Shown here one piece after another: positions 53,249 to 62,087 of a stretch of 64,000 bases of DNA. Origin of the DNA: Paludibacteraceae bacterium (GTDB lineage Bacteria; Bacteroidota; Bacteroidia; Bacteroidales; Paludibacteraceae); contig JBJECE010000031.1 of NCBI GenBank assembly GCA_051870755.1, positions 15,242-79,241 of the forward strand, read 5' to 3'. The notes under the pieces were generated by a model. That model saw nothing but the letters and a program-made list of their open reading frames with translations. It was not told the DNA's origin and ran no database searches. The position numbers were made by a program, and so were the translations under genes. The stretch's first letter is position 1, and every line of letters starts with the position of its first letter.

Positions 53249-56200
53249 TTACCAAGTGGTACTCAACATTCTCAAATAGGACTTATAGCGCCATTTGGCA
53301 TTATCCTCGGCGGCTTTGAACAAATCGGCGGCCTCGTTCGGATATTGCTTCATCACGCTGGCAAAACGCACTTCGCCTTTCAGATAATCGGCAAATTTTT
53401 CCCACTGCGGCTCTTTGGAGTCGAGCGAGAACGGGTTCTTGCCCTCAGCCTCGAGTGCGGGGTTGTAGCGCCAGAGGTGCCAGTAGCCGCATTCAACAGC
53501 CTTTGCCTCCTCGGCCTGGCTCTTGCCCATACCGGCTTTCAGACCGTGGTTGATACACGGCGCGTATGCAATCACGAGCGATGGTCCGGGATAAGCCTCT
53601 GCCTCGCGGATAGCCTTCAAGGTCTGTGCTTGGTCGGCACCCATCGCGATCTGGGCTACATAGACATAGCCGTAGGTGGTGGCAATCATACCGAGGTCTT
53701 TCTTGCGCACACGTTTGCCGGCAGCCGCAAATTTGGCAATTGCGCCAAGCGGTGTCGATTTCGAGGCCTGACCGCCCGTATTGGAATAAACTTCGGTGTC
53801 GAGAACAAGGATATTGACATCTTCACCGGAAGCAATTACATGGTCAAGTCCGCCGTAGCCTATGTCGTAGCTGGCGCCATCGCCACCTATAATCCACTGA
53901 CTGCGTTTAACGAGGTGATCTTTGTATTTCAGAATGTCCTGACATTTCTCGCAGTTGCATTTTTCGCATGCGGCCACAATCGGTTCGTACAGACGTTTCG
54001 TTACATCGGCGTCGTTGCGATTGTCGATCCATTCGCGGAACAAGGCCTTCATGTCGTCCGTGCAGCAGTCGCAGGTTTGCGCTTCGGTCATCAGGCGAGC
54101 GAGGCGTTCTTTCATCTTCTTGTGCGCGATCTGCATACCGAGGCCGTATTCGCAGAAATCTTCGAACAACGAGTTCGACCATGCGGGACCGTGTCCTTTT
54201 TCGTTGGTGGTGTACGGCGTCGAAGGCACCGAACCCGAATAGATAGAGGTGCAACCGGTGGCGTTGGCGGCAATCTCGCGGTCGCCAAAGAGTTGCGAAA
54301 TCAGTTTCAGATAAGGTGTTTCGCCGCAGCCCGAGCAAGCGCCCGAGAATTCGAACAACGGCGTCGCAAATTGGCTGTTTTTGACGTTCGATTTGATGTC
54401 CACCAAATCTTGTTTCGTCTTGACGTTTTCGACACAATATTGCCAATTTTCGGCTTCGGGCATTTGGCTTTCGAGGTCGGTCATCGACAAGGCTTTGCCT
54501 GTTTTCGGGTTGCCCGGGCAAACATCGACGCAGTTGCCGCAGCCAAGGCAGTCCATCACGCCAACCTGTATGCGGAAATACATACCTTTCATTGCGGCCG
54601 GTGCTTTCATCTCTATCATCGAAGCGTTCAAACCTTGTTTCTCGTTTTCGTCGAGTACGAACGGACGAATGCAGGCGTGCGGACAAACGTACGCACATTT
54701 GTTACATTGTATGCAGTTGTCGGCATTCCATGTCGGTACGAATGCGCTCACGCCGCGTTTTTCATATTTGGCCGTGCCGGCGCGCCAAGTGCCGTCTTCG
54801 ATGCCTTTGAAGGCCGAAACGGGCAGCAAATCGCCGTCCTGCGCATTGATGGGGCGCACCACTTTGTTGATGAAGTCGTCGCCATCGGTGTACACTTTCG
54901 GCTCTTCGACAAGGGCGCTCCATGCCGGATCGATGTCGAGCAAATGGTACTCGTCGCCACGATCGACGGCGGCGTAGTTTTTGTTCACAACGTCCTCGCC
55001 TTTTTTGCCATACGATTTCACGATGAAGTGTTTCATCTCTTCAACCGCTTTTTCGACCGGAATAACACCCGTAATGCGGAAGAATGCCGATTGCAGAATC
55101 GTGTTGGTGCGATTGCCGAGCCCGATTTCCTGTGCAATCTTCGTGGCGTTGATGTAGTACACCTTAATATTATTGTCGGCAAAATATTTTTTCACTTTGT
55201 TCGGCAAGTTGCGTTTCAACTCATCGCCATCCCAAATGGTATTGAGCAGGAAAGTGCCGTTTTTCTGCAAGCCGCGCGTTACGTCGTACATGTGTAGATA
55301 AGCCTGAACGTGGCACGCCACGAAATTCGGTGTCGTTACCAAGTAGGTTGAGTGAATCGGTTCATCGCCGAAACGGAGGTGCGAGCAGGTGAAACCGCCC
55401 GATTTCTTCGAGTCGTACGAGAAATAGGCTTGGCAATATTTGTCGGTGGTGTCGCCGATGATTTTCACCGAGTTTTTGTTTGCACCAACCGTGCCATCGG
55501 CACCCAAACCATAGAATTTGGCTTGGAACATGCCGGCACCGCCCATGGCAATCTCTTCGCCGAGCGGCAGCGATGTGAATGTTACATCGTCGTTGATGCC
55601 GAGCGTAAAGTGGTTTTTCGGTTGCGGCAATGCCAAGTTGTCGTACACGGCCATCATTTGCGCCGGTGTGGTGTCGTTGCTGCCCAAGCCGTAACGACCG
55701 CCCACCACTTCGATGTGGCCTAAACCAAGTTCCTGCAAAGCATCTTTCACGTCCAGATAGAGCGGTTCGCCGTTGGCGCCGGGCTCTTTGGTGCGGTCGA
55801 GCACGCAGATGCGTTTGGCTGTGGCCGGAATGGCCTCTTTCAAATATTTCAGCGAGAACGGACGATAGAGATGTACGTTTATCATGCCGATTTTTTCGCC
55901 TTTGCGATAATCGACCACTTCGCGCAAAGCCTCGCAGGCTGAACCCATGCAGATAACGATGTTTTCGGCATCGGGTGCGCCGTAGTAGGTAAACGGACGA
56001 TATTTGCGACCGGTGATTTCGCTGATTTTGTCCATATAATCGGCTACGATGTCGGCCACACCGTCGTAGTACGGATTGCAACTTTCGCGATGCGTGAAGA
56101 ATACATCAGGATTTTCGGCCATGCCGCGCATTTCCGGACGTTGCGGGCAAAGCGCGCGATTGCGGAACTCCTGCAACGCCTGCATATCAACCAACGGGCG

Positions 56201-56779
56201 CAATTCCTCTTGGTCGATGACCTCAATTTTTTGATATTCGTGCGATGTGCGGAATCCGTCGAAGAAGTTGAGGAACGGCACACGCGATTTGATCGTAGCC
56301 AAGTGAGCCACACCGGCCAAATCCATTACCTCTTGCACCGATCCTTCGGCCAACATGGCGAAACCGGTTTGACGGCACGCCATCACGTCCTGATGGTCGC
56401 CAAAGATGCAAAGCACATGACTTGCCAACGTACGCGCCGACACATGGAAAACCGTCGGGATCAGTTCGCCGGCAATTTTGTACATGTTCGGAATCATCAG
56501 CAACAAGCCCTGCGAAGCAGTGAAAGTGGTTGTCAATGCACCTGCCTGCAACGAACCGTGCACGGCACCGGCAGCACCGGCCTCCGACTGCATTTCTTGC
56601 ACTGTAACCGTCTCGCCGAACATATTTTTGCGACCTTGTGCAGCCCATTCGTCCACATTTTCGGCCATAGGCGACGACGGCGTGATAGGATAAATGGCAG
56701 CCACTTCGGTAAACATGTACGCGATATGCGCAGCAGCGGCATTGCCATCACACGTCATAAATTTCTTTTCTTTTGCCAT
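53249..56779 (-). CDS. nifJ: Pyruvate:ferredoxin (flavodoxin) oxidoreductase
   Basis: 1176 aa. The N-terminus MTCDGNAAAAHIAYMFTEVAAIYPITPSSPMAE, two ferredoxin-type CxxCxxCxxxCP motifs (CIQCNKCAYVCP, CLGCGNCVDVCP) and a TPP-binding C-terminal domain (GGDGASYDIG). Confidence 0.95.
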   Translation of the reverse strand: MAKEKKFMTCDGNAAAAHIAYMFTEVAAIYPITPSSPMAENVDEWAAQGRKNMFGETVTVQEMQSEAGAAGAVHGSLQAGALTTTFTASQGLLLMIPNMYKIAGELIPTVFHVSARTLASHVLCIFGDHQDVMACRQTGFAMLAEGSVQEVMDLAGVAHLATIKSRVPFLNFFDGFRTSHEYQKIEVIDQEELRPLVDMQALQEFRNRALCPQRPEMRGMAENPDVFFTHRESCNPYYDGVADIVADYMDKISEITGRKYRPFTYYGAPDAENIVICMGSACEALREVVDYRKGEKIGMINVHLYRPFSLKYLKEAIPATAKRICVLDRTKEPGANGEPLYLDVKDALQELGLGHIEVVGGRYGLGSNDTTPAQMMAVYDNLALPQPKNHFTLGINDDVTFTSLPLGEEIAMGGAGMFQAKFYGLGADGTVGANKNSVKIIGDTTDKYCQAYFSYDSKKSGGFTCSHLRFGDEPIHSTYLVTTPNFVACHVQAYLHMYDVTRGLQKNGTFLLNTIWDGDELKRNLPNKVKKYFADNNIKVYYINATKIAQEIGLGNRTNTILQSAFFRITGVIPVEKAVEEMKHFIVKSYGKKGEDVVNKNYAAVDRGDEYHLLDIDPAWSALVEEPKVYTDGDDFINKVVRPINAQDGDLLPVSAFKGIEDGTWRAGTAKYEKRGVSAFVPTWNADNCIQCNKCAYVCPHACIRPFVLDENEKQGLNASMIEMKAPAAMKGMYFRIQVGVMDCLGCGNCVDVCPGNPKTGKALSMTDLESQMPEAENWQYCVENVKTKQDLVDIKSNVKNSQFATPLFEFSGACSGCGETPYLKLISQLFGDREIAANATGCTSIYSGSVPSTPYTTNEKGHGPAWSNSLFEDFCEYGLGMQIAHKKMKERLARLMTEAQTCDCCTDDMKALFREWIDNRNDADVTKRLYEPIVAACEKCNCEKCQDILKYKDHLVKRSQWIIGGDGASYDIGYGGLDHVIASGEDVNILVLDTEVYSNTGGQASKSTPLGAIAKFAAAGKRVRKKDLGMIATTYGYVYVAQIAMGADQAQTLKAIREAEAYPGPSLVIAYAPCINHGLKAGMGKSQAEEAKAVECGYWHLWRYNPALEAEGKNPFSLDSKEPQWEKFADYLKGEVRFASVMKQYPNEAADLFKAAEDNAKWRYKSYLRMLSTTW

Positions 56780-56797
56780 AAAATATTTGTTTTTAAG

Positions 56798-56827
56798 TTG
56801 AGAATCTCTATTTCACCGACACAACGC
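56798..56827. repeat. Copy 1 of a 30-nt direct repeat (intergenic, nifJ leader)
   Basis: TTGAGAATCTCTATTTCACCGACACAACGC matches 57254-57283 at 29 of 30 positions. Confidence 0.9.
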
Positions 56828-56856
56828 CAGAGTGAAACAAATACGCCACCCTATTG

Positions 56857-57474
56857 TTATTTGGTGTATGTTTTAATCTCATTGATTATATATTTTTTGA
56901 TAGTTTCCCATGTATCCTCGATGAACATTTTAGGCATACTTTGTTGCTCTGCATCAGCAAAATACGTCATACTCAACACTGCACGATACTCTGAATAATC
57001 AGGATATTTTTGTTTATAGTATGTCATTATTTCAGTCATTGTGTAATGTTGTAGCAAAACAAACAAATCGATAAAATCCTTTTTAGTTCCCCTCCCAACG
57101 ATGGCATTTACCTTCAGTGCGGCAATATCTTTCGGCGATGCCAACACGACACCATCCTCACACACCGGATCATCAATCCAATCGTACCATTCATAATTCA
57201 CAACATCCACTTTAATACCATTAATCACCATTTGAATAATGTGTGACGTTTTATTGAGAATTTCTATTTCACCGACACAACGCAATGTATCAATAATTTG
57301 GTCGGGAGTGCTTTGTATGTGACCAAACAAATCAAGGTCAACCGACATACGGTGTCCATATTGCAAAGCCAATGCAGTGCCACCTACGAGCCGGGTTTCT
57401 TTCAGCACCGGAAACGCTTGCAATTGTTTCAAGAGTTCCAAAGTGTTGGATTCAACTGTCTGAAATGATAGCAT
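56857..57474 (-). CDS. AbiEii/AbiGii-family nucleotidyltransferase (type IV toxin-like)
   Basis: The ATG at 57474 gives MLSFQTVESNTLELLKQL. NTase motif GGTALALQYGHRMSVDLDLF. ~205 aa. Confidence 0.75.
   Translation of the reverse strand: MLSFQTVESNTLELLKQLQAFPVLKETRLVGGTALALQYGHRMSVDLDLFGHIQSTPDQIIDTLRCVGEIEILNKTSHIIQMVINGIKVDVVNYEWYDWIDDPVCEDGVVLASPKDIAALKVNAIVGRGTKKDFIDLFVLLQHYTMTEIMTYYKQKYPDYSEYRAVLSMTYFADAEQQSMPKMFIEDTWETIKKYIINEIKTYTK
57254..57283. repeat. Copy 2 of the 30-nt direct repeat (inside the AbiEii-like CDS)
   Basis: TTGAGAATTTCTATTTCACCGACACAACGC. On the minus strand it encodes RCVGEIEILN. Confidence 0.9.
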
Positions 57475-57758
57475 CTGTATTCTTCCTCTTTCGTATCGGA
57501 TATAGCACAAATAAAACTTAAAGCACGAGCGTCTAATGTGCGTAATTTTTTACAATCGTCCACAATACGATCTATGCCATAAAAATCGCGTGTTAAACGC
57601 CAATCGTTCAAATTGCCATACTCGAGAACACGCTGAATGAGTCCGGCCGAATGGGCTTGAACATCAAGGTGCGTTTTGTCCATATCCCAAAACAAAACGG
57701 GCGATAAACTTTCTATATAACTTGCCGCTGACATACGCCGCTTTTTGTACCCAAACAT
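57429..57758 (-). CDS. Small partner protein of the AbiEii-like gene (DUF6922-like putative antitoxin)
   Basis: 109 aa. The motif PVLFWDMDKTHLDVQAHSAGLIQRVLEYGNLNDW matches my memory of the short proteins that precede AbiEii genes in Bacteroidota. Its 3' end overlaps the AbiEii-like ATG by 46 nt. Confidence 0.55.
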   Translation of the reverse strand: MFGYKKRRMSAASYIESLSPVLFWDMDKTHLDVQAHSAGLIQRVLEYGNLNDWRLTRDFYGIDRIVDDCKKLRTLDARALSFICAISDTKEEEYRCYHFRQLNPTLWNS

Positions 57759-57766
57759 TCAATTTG

Positions 57767-57774
57767 CAAAGTTA
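57767..57774 (-). promoter_or_regulatory. -7 box TAacTTTG
   Basis: Plus strand reads CAAAGTTA, 9 nt upstream of the ATG at 57758. Confidence 0.4.
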
Positions 57775-57968
57775 CGATTTTTTGCAACACAAAGCAACCC
57801 TCACACACTATTTTTTATAAACAACATACGACTGACTTTGCACGACACATAACAACCAAAGCACATTTTTGCCCATTTTTTTTGATAAACCAAGGTACCA
57901 ATGCCGCATTAACCTTTAACCATCTAACTTTTTAGGGTACGCTTTAGTTTGCCTTATCGGGTGAAATA

Positions 57969-58005
57969 GAATCAGCGGGAATGGATATTCCATTCCCGCT
58001 GATTC
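57969..58005 (-). terminator. Hairpin terminator after ppiD
   Basis: 17-bp perfect stem GAATCAGCGGGAATGGA / TCCATTCCCGCTGATTC with a 3-nt loop, 17 nt after the stop at 58022. No U-tract. Confidence 0.65.
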
Positions 58006-58021
58006 TGTTGGTCTGATTTGT

Positions 58022-60103
58022 TTAGAACAATTTGTAACGTTCGTCTTGAATGTCAGCCACTTTTTTCAACGCCTCGATTGACAAATAAGGCACCGAGTTG
58101 CGCATACGTTCCGTGAGCATGACACGTTCTTCGTTTTCGTCGAAGTCGGCCGGCAATTCCGTTTTGTCCAACACAACGAATTCGAACACACCCATATTGC
58201 CGTTTTGCGGTTGCGACAAGGCACCCACTTCGGCCAATGGTGCCAAAGCAAACAAGGCCGGTTCGTTGCCAATTGCACCGGCATACTGCATATTGAAATT
58301 GACGCCACGCACCGTATCGACCGACAAGCCGGCGGCCACCAATTCGTCAAACGATTTGCCGGCAAACTCTTCTTTGATGAGTTCGGCCTTTTTGTCGTTG
58401 CGTGCTTCGACTTCGAGCATGGCTTTCACGTCGTCGATGGAGGCATAGCCTTTTTCCACCAAGTGGCTAACGGCGGCCACAATCTGTTGGTTGTCGCATT
58501 CGAACACATCGGATACGGCACCATCTTCGGCTTCGAACGCCCAACGCACCACTTGTCGCGAGTTTTTCACGTCGCGAAGTTTGCTTGCATTGATATTCAG
58601 ACGATTAGCGCTCTGCACTTCGATATTTTGTTCGGCTGCTTTGGCTTCAAAGTCTTCGATAGTGGGACAAGCGGCAGCAAATTGTTTTGCGGCATTGAAT
58701 ATCTGTGCCTGTGTGCGAGAACTCGGCACGACTTTGCGTTCGAGTACGGCGAGTTTCACTTTGGGCACTACGGCGCCGCGCTCCAACACTTGGAATATGC
58801 GGATGCCGCCCATGCTTTTTTGTTGGAATACGCCATTCACCGGCGTAGTGAAGGCTTTTTCGGCGATTTCGCGGTCGAGTTCCACTTCGCGTGCCCACGC
58901 TTCGCCGCCACGATAACGTTGTTGCATAGCGGCAAAGTCGCCATTGTTGCGCAGCAGTGCAGCCAAACTATCGGCTACGGCTTGTGTTTCGGGCATCGAG
59001 GCTTCGGCTACATCGACAAAGCGCAATTTTACCGAGTCGGGCAGATTGATGCCTGTTTCGACAATGCGTGCCATTTTGTAGGTGTCGTCGGCAAAGAGCG
59101 GTCCGACAACATCATCTTTTTTGCCGGAAAATGCGAATTCGCGCAAATCTTCGGGGACATCATTTTTAGCCCAGTTTTGTGCCTTGTACGGCAGGTCGCT
59201 ATTCGAATTGGTTACATCGGCCACATCGTCGGTGCCGAAAAATTCGTCTTTCAGGCGATTGATCCACTCCTCCACTTCGGCATAGTCGGCTTCGCTTGGT
59301 TTGATGGGGAATGCCACATATTTCAAATCGCACGATGCTTCGCGCGCGAATTGTTCTTTTTTCTGTTGATAGAGTTTTTTGATGTCGCGGTCGGAAATCG
59401 AAACCAACGAATCGGGTACAGCGAAATAGGGTTTTGCCACATAGGCCACATCGACTTGCGTTTTGTCGCCGTTGTAGGCATTTTTCACTTCGAGGTCGTT
59501 GGCCACGAACGAGCGTTGCAACAGAGCGTTGTATTTTTCGTTGAGGCGCTCGTGTTTGACGGCGGTTTCCCAATATGTCCAATACTGTTTATAGGTTTTC
59601 AGTTGATCGGCCGGCATTTGCGCAGCATCTTCGGAGTCGAGCATGTTGATGAATTGTGCCAACAAGGTCGGGTCGAAACTATTGGTTTGCGGGTTGAAAA
59701 ACGCCCGACGGCTCTGTATCATCGGATGGATATTGTTGCCTAAAATCAGGTCGTACAACTCTTGTTTTCCGACTTCCATGCCTGCTTTTTCGGTTTCGGC
59801 ATTCAGCAAGCGTTCGCGCACGAGTGTTTCCCACACCGATTGGCGTATTTGGTCGTTCAACTCGTCGCTGATGTTGGCTGTACCAAATTCGATTTTGTAC
59901 ACTTCGGTCATTTGGTCGATAGCGGCCATGTAGTCATCGGCGCCAATTTTGTCGCCATCGATTTTTGCAACCACCATGCGTTCGGCATTGACAATGGATG
60001 CGCTTGAGTTTAAGAAATCGCCTACGATGAAAGCCAAGAGTGCCACACCTACTACCACGAGCAAAAAGACGCCGTGGTGTCTCATTTTTTCTAATGTTGC
60101 CAT
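58022..60103 (-). CDS. ppiD: PpiD/SurA-like periplasmic peptidyl-prolyl isomerase chaperone
   Basis: The ATG at 60103 gives MATLEKMRHHGVFLLVVVGVALLAFIVGDFL, an N-terminal anchor. A long SurA_N-like region and a parvulin-like segment follow. Confidence 0.75.
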   Translation of the reverse strand: MATLEKMRHHGVFLLVVVGVALLAFIVGDFLNSSASIVNAERMVVAKIDGDKIGADDYMAAIDQMTEVYKIEFGTANISDELNDQIRQSVWETLVRERLLNAETEKAGMEVGKQELYDLILGNNIHPMIQSRRAFFNPQTNSFDPTLLAQFINMLDSEDAAQMPADQLKTYKQYWTYWETAVKHERLNEKYNALLQRSFVANDLEVKNAYNGDKTQVDVAYVAKPYFAVPDSLVSISDRDIKKLYQQKKEQFAREASCDLKYVAFPIKPSEADYAEVEEWINRLKDEFFGTDDVADVTNSNSDLPYKAQNWAKNDVPEDLREFAFSGKKDDVVGPLFADDTYKMARIVETGINLPDSVKLRFVDVAEASMPETQAVADSLAALLRNNGDFAAMQQRYRGGEAWAREVELDREIAEKAFTTPVNGVFQQKSMGGIRIFQVLERGAVVPKVKLAVLERKVVPSSRTQAQIFNAAKQFAAACPTIEDFEAKAAEQNIEVQSANRLNINASKLRDVKNSRQVVRWAFEAEDGAVSDVFECDNQQIVAAVSHLVEKGYASIDDVKAMLEVEARNDKKAELIKEEFAGKSFDELVAAGLSVDTVRGVNFNMQYAGAIGNEPALFALAPLAEVGALSQPQNGNMGVFEFVVLDKTELPADFDENEERVMLTERMRNSVPYLSIEALKKVADIQDERYKLF

Positions 60104-60215
60104 GTTTTTGTTATGTTTTTGTTTATTGTTATTATTTTTAAGGTCGCAAAGATACAATTTTTTTGTTGTTCGTGCAATATTTCGTCCAAAAAAATGATGT
60201 ATTTGCCCGATTATG

Positions 60216-61484
60216 CTACTTTTCGATGGTTAATTTGACGGTATCGATGCGATTGTTGTGCGCTTGCAGCACTTTGAATGTCCATTTATCGATGTGAATA
60301 ATGTCGTTCAGTTTTGGAAATGTTTGGTAGTGATGCAAGATAAATCCGGCCACCGTAACGTATTCGTCGGATTCGGGCAAATCCAAGTCGAATTGTTCGT
60401 TCAGGTGATCTATTTCCAAGCGTCCGGATAGCACGAACTCGTTGTCGGACACACGTTTGGCAGTGTATTCGCGCGTGTCGTGTTCGTCTTCTATCTCGCC
60501 AAAAATTTCTTCCATTATATCTTCGAGCGTTACGATGCCGGCCGTTCCGCCAAATTCATCGACAACCACGGCAATGGATCGTTTGTCGCGCATAAACATG
60601 TCCATCAGTTTGTTGGCGGCCATGGTTTCGGGTACGATGGGCAACGGACGAATGCAGTTGTGCCAATCTTTCGGTTTGCGAAACAGGTCGGACGAGTGAA
60701 AATAACCGATAATATTATCGATGGAGTCTTTATAAATAGGTATCTTCGAAAATCCGGTTTCGATGAGCGTGGCTTTCAGGTCGTCGAGCGTGGTGTCGTA
60801 GTCCAGCGCCACGATTTCGGTGCGCGGCACAATGCAGTCGCGCAGTTTCACCGACGAGAAATCGAGTGCGTTTTGGAAAATTGTTACTTCGTTTTTGACT
60901 TCGTCCTGATTGTCGGCGTGTTCGTAGGCATCGTTTATCCAATAGTCCAAATCGACCAAGCCAAGCGGTTGATTTTTTTCGGAGCGGTCGATTTTGACTT
61001 TGAACAGGCGCAGCAATCCTACCGACAGCAAGGTGGTGAAACGTGCCACGGGATACATGATGATGTAGCACAGCCACAAAAACGGGGCAAAAATCTGCAA
61101 CCACATATTCGGATTGACTCTGAAAATAGTTTTCGGCAAAAATTCGCCCGTTATCAGCACAATGATGGTGGCCGAAATAGTTTGTAATAAATTGACCAAC
61201 AAATCATTATTAACCCATTGTTCGAATACGGGCGATAGCAATTCGGCCATTTTGATGCCATAGATGACCAAAGCGATGTTGTTGCCCACCAGCAGTGTCG
61301 AGATGTATTGTTCGGGGTCGTTGTAAAAGATATTCAGAATGCGCGAAGTCAGGCTGCGTTTTTTCTTTTCCAATTCGAAGCGCAGTTTGTTCGATGACAA
61401 GAATGCGATTTCCATGCCCGAAAAGAAGGCCGAGAAAATCAGCGAAACAATGATAACTATAACCACAGAAATATCAATACTCAT
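60216..61484 (-). CDS. CNNM/DUF21-CBS-CorC_HlyC family transporter (GldE-like)
   Basis: Four N-terminal TM helices (DUF21), a CBS pair, and the C-terminal CorC_HlyC segment TVAGFILHHYQTFPKLND. Confidence 0.8.
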   Translation of the reverse strand: MSIDISVVIVIIVSLIFSAFFSGMEIAFLSSNKLRFELEKKKRSLTSRILNIFYNDPEQYISTLLVGNNIALVIYGIKMAELLSPVFEQWVNNDLLVNLLQTISATIIVLITGEFLPKTIFRVNPNMWLQIFAPFLWLCYIIMYPVARFTTLLSVGLLRLFKVKIDRSEKNQPLGLVDLDYWINDAYEHADNQDEVKNEVTIFQNALDFSSVKLRDCIVPRTEIVALDYDTTLDDLKATLIETGFSKIPIYKDSIDNIIGYFHSSDLFRKPKDWHNCIRPLPIVPETMAANKLMDMFMRDKRSIAVVVDEFGGTAGIVTLEDIMEEIFGEIEDEHDTREYTAKRVSDNEFVLSGRLEIDHLNEQFDLDLPESDEYVTVAGFILHHYQTFPKLNDIIHIDKWTFKVLQAHNNRIDTVKLTIEK

Positions 61485-61487
61485 ATT

Positions 61488-62081
61488 TTATTCGTTTGGG
61501 TCGATAGGAATGATGCCGCGTGTTTTGCGAATAGTATAGCGGGTCATCGATTGGTTCGATTCGAAACCTTCGCCAATAATTTGTTTGTCGCTTTGGTGAA
61601 TAATGATAGTCGAGTCGGAATAGATGCGCTCAGTATTTTGGTCCCAAAAGAGTTGCTGCGTGGCAAAGCGATTGCCCTGAAAATTCATGGCACGCACGCT
61701 GTCGTCCAACTGCCACAGTTTGCGTTGTTCATAATAGCGTGCGCGGCGGCAATCGACTTCGGCTTCGATGTGAAATTGTTCGTCGAACGATTCGAGGTGC
61801 AAACCATCTGGAAAATCCCAATATGATTCGGCGGCCTTGTCGAACACCAACCACTTGGGCGCCGTGATGCGATAGCGCGTGATGCCCGAATCGGAAATGA
61901 GTGTCGTTATCTCATTGACGCGCAGTCGTGGTGTTTCGCCGCGATTGCCGACAATTTCGTCGGACACTTCCGGTTTTTTGTTACCGCCGCACGCAATACA
62001 CAAAAACAGCATAACAACCATTCCGAGAATAGTTGTTACACTGTGTTTTGCACTAAAGTTGTTGTTCAATACAGGCTTCAC
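61488..62081 (-). CDS. lptC: LPS export system periplasmic protein LptC
   Basis: ~197 aa with an N-terminal anchor/lipobox (MLFLCIACGG) and an OstA-like beta-jellyroll pattern. The position next to CNNM and TPR genes is typical for Bacteroidota. Apparent GTG start. Confidence 0.65.
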   Translation of the reverse strand: MKPVLNNNFSAKHSVTTILGMVVMLFLCIACGGNKKPEVSDEIVGNRGETPRLRVNEITTLISDSGITRYRITAPKWLVFDKAAESYWDFPDGLHLESFDEQFHIEAEVDCRRARYYEQRKLWQLDDSVRAMNFQGNRFATQQLFWDQNTERIYSDSTIIIHQSDKQIIGEGFESNQSMTRYTIRKTRGIIPIDPNE

Positions 62082-62087
62082 TTTAGG

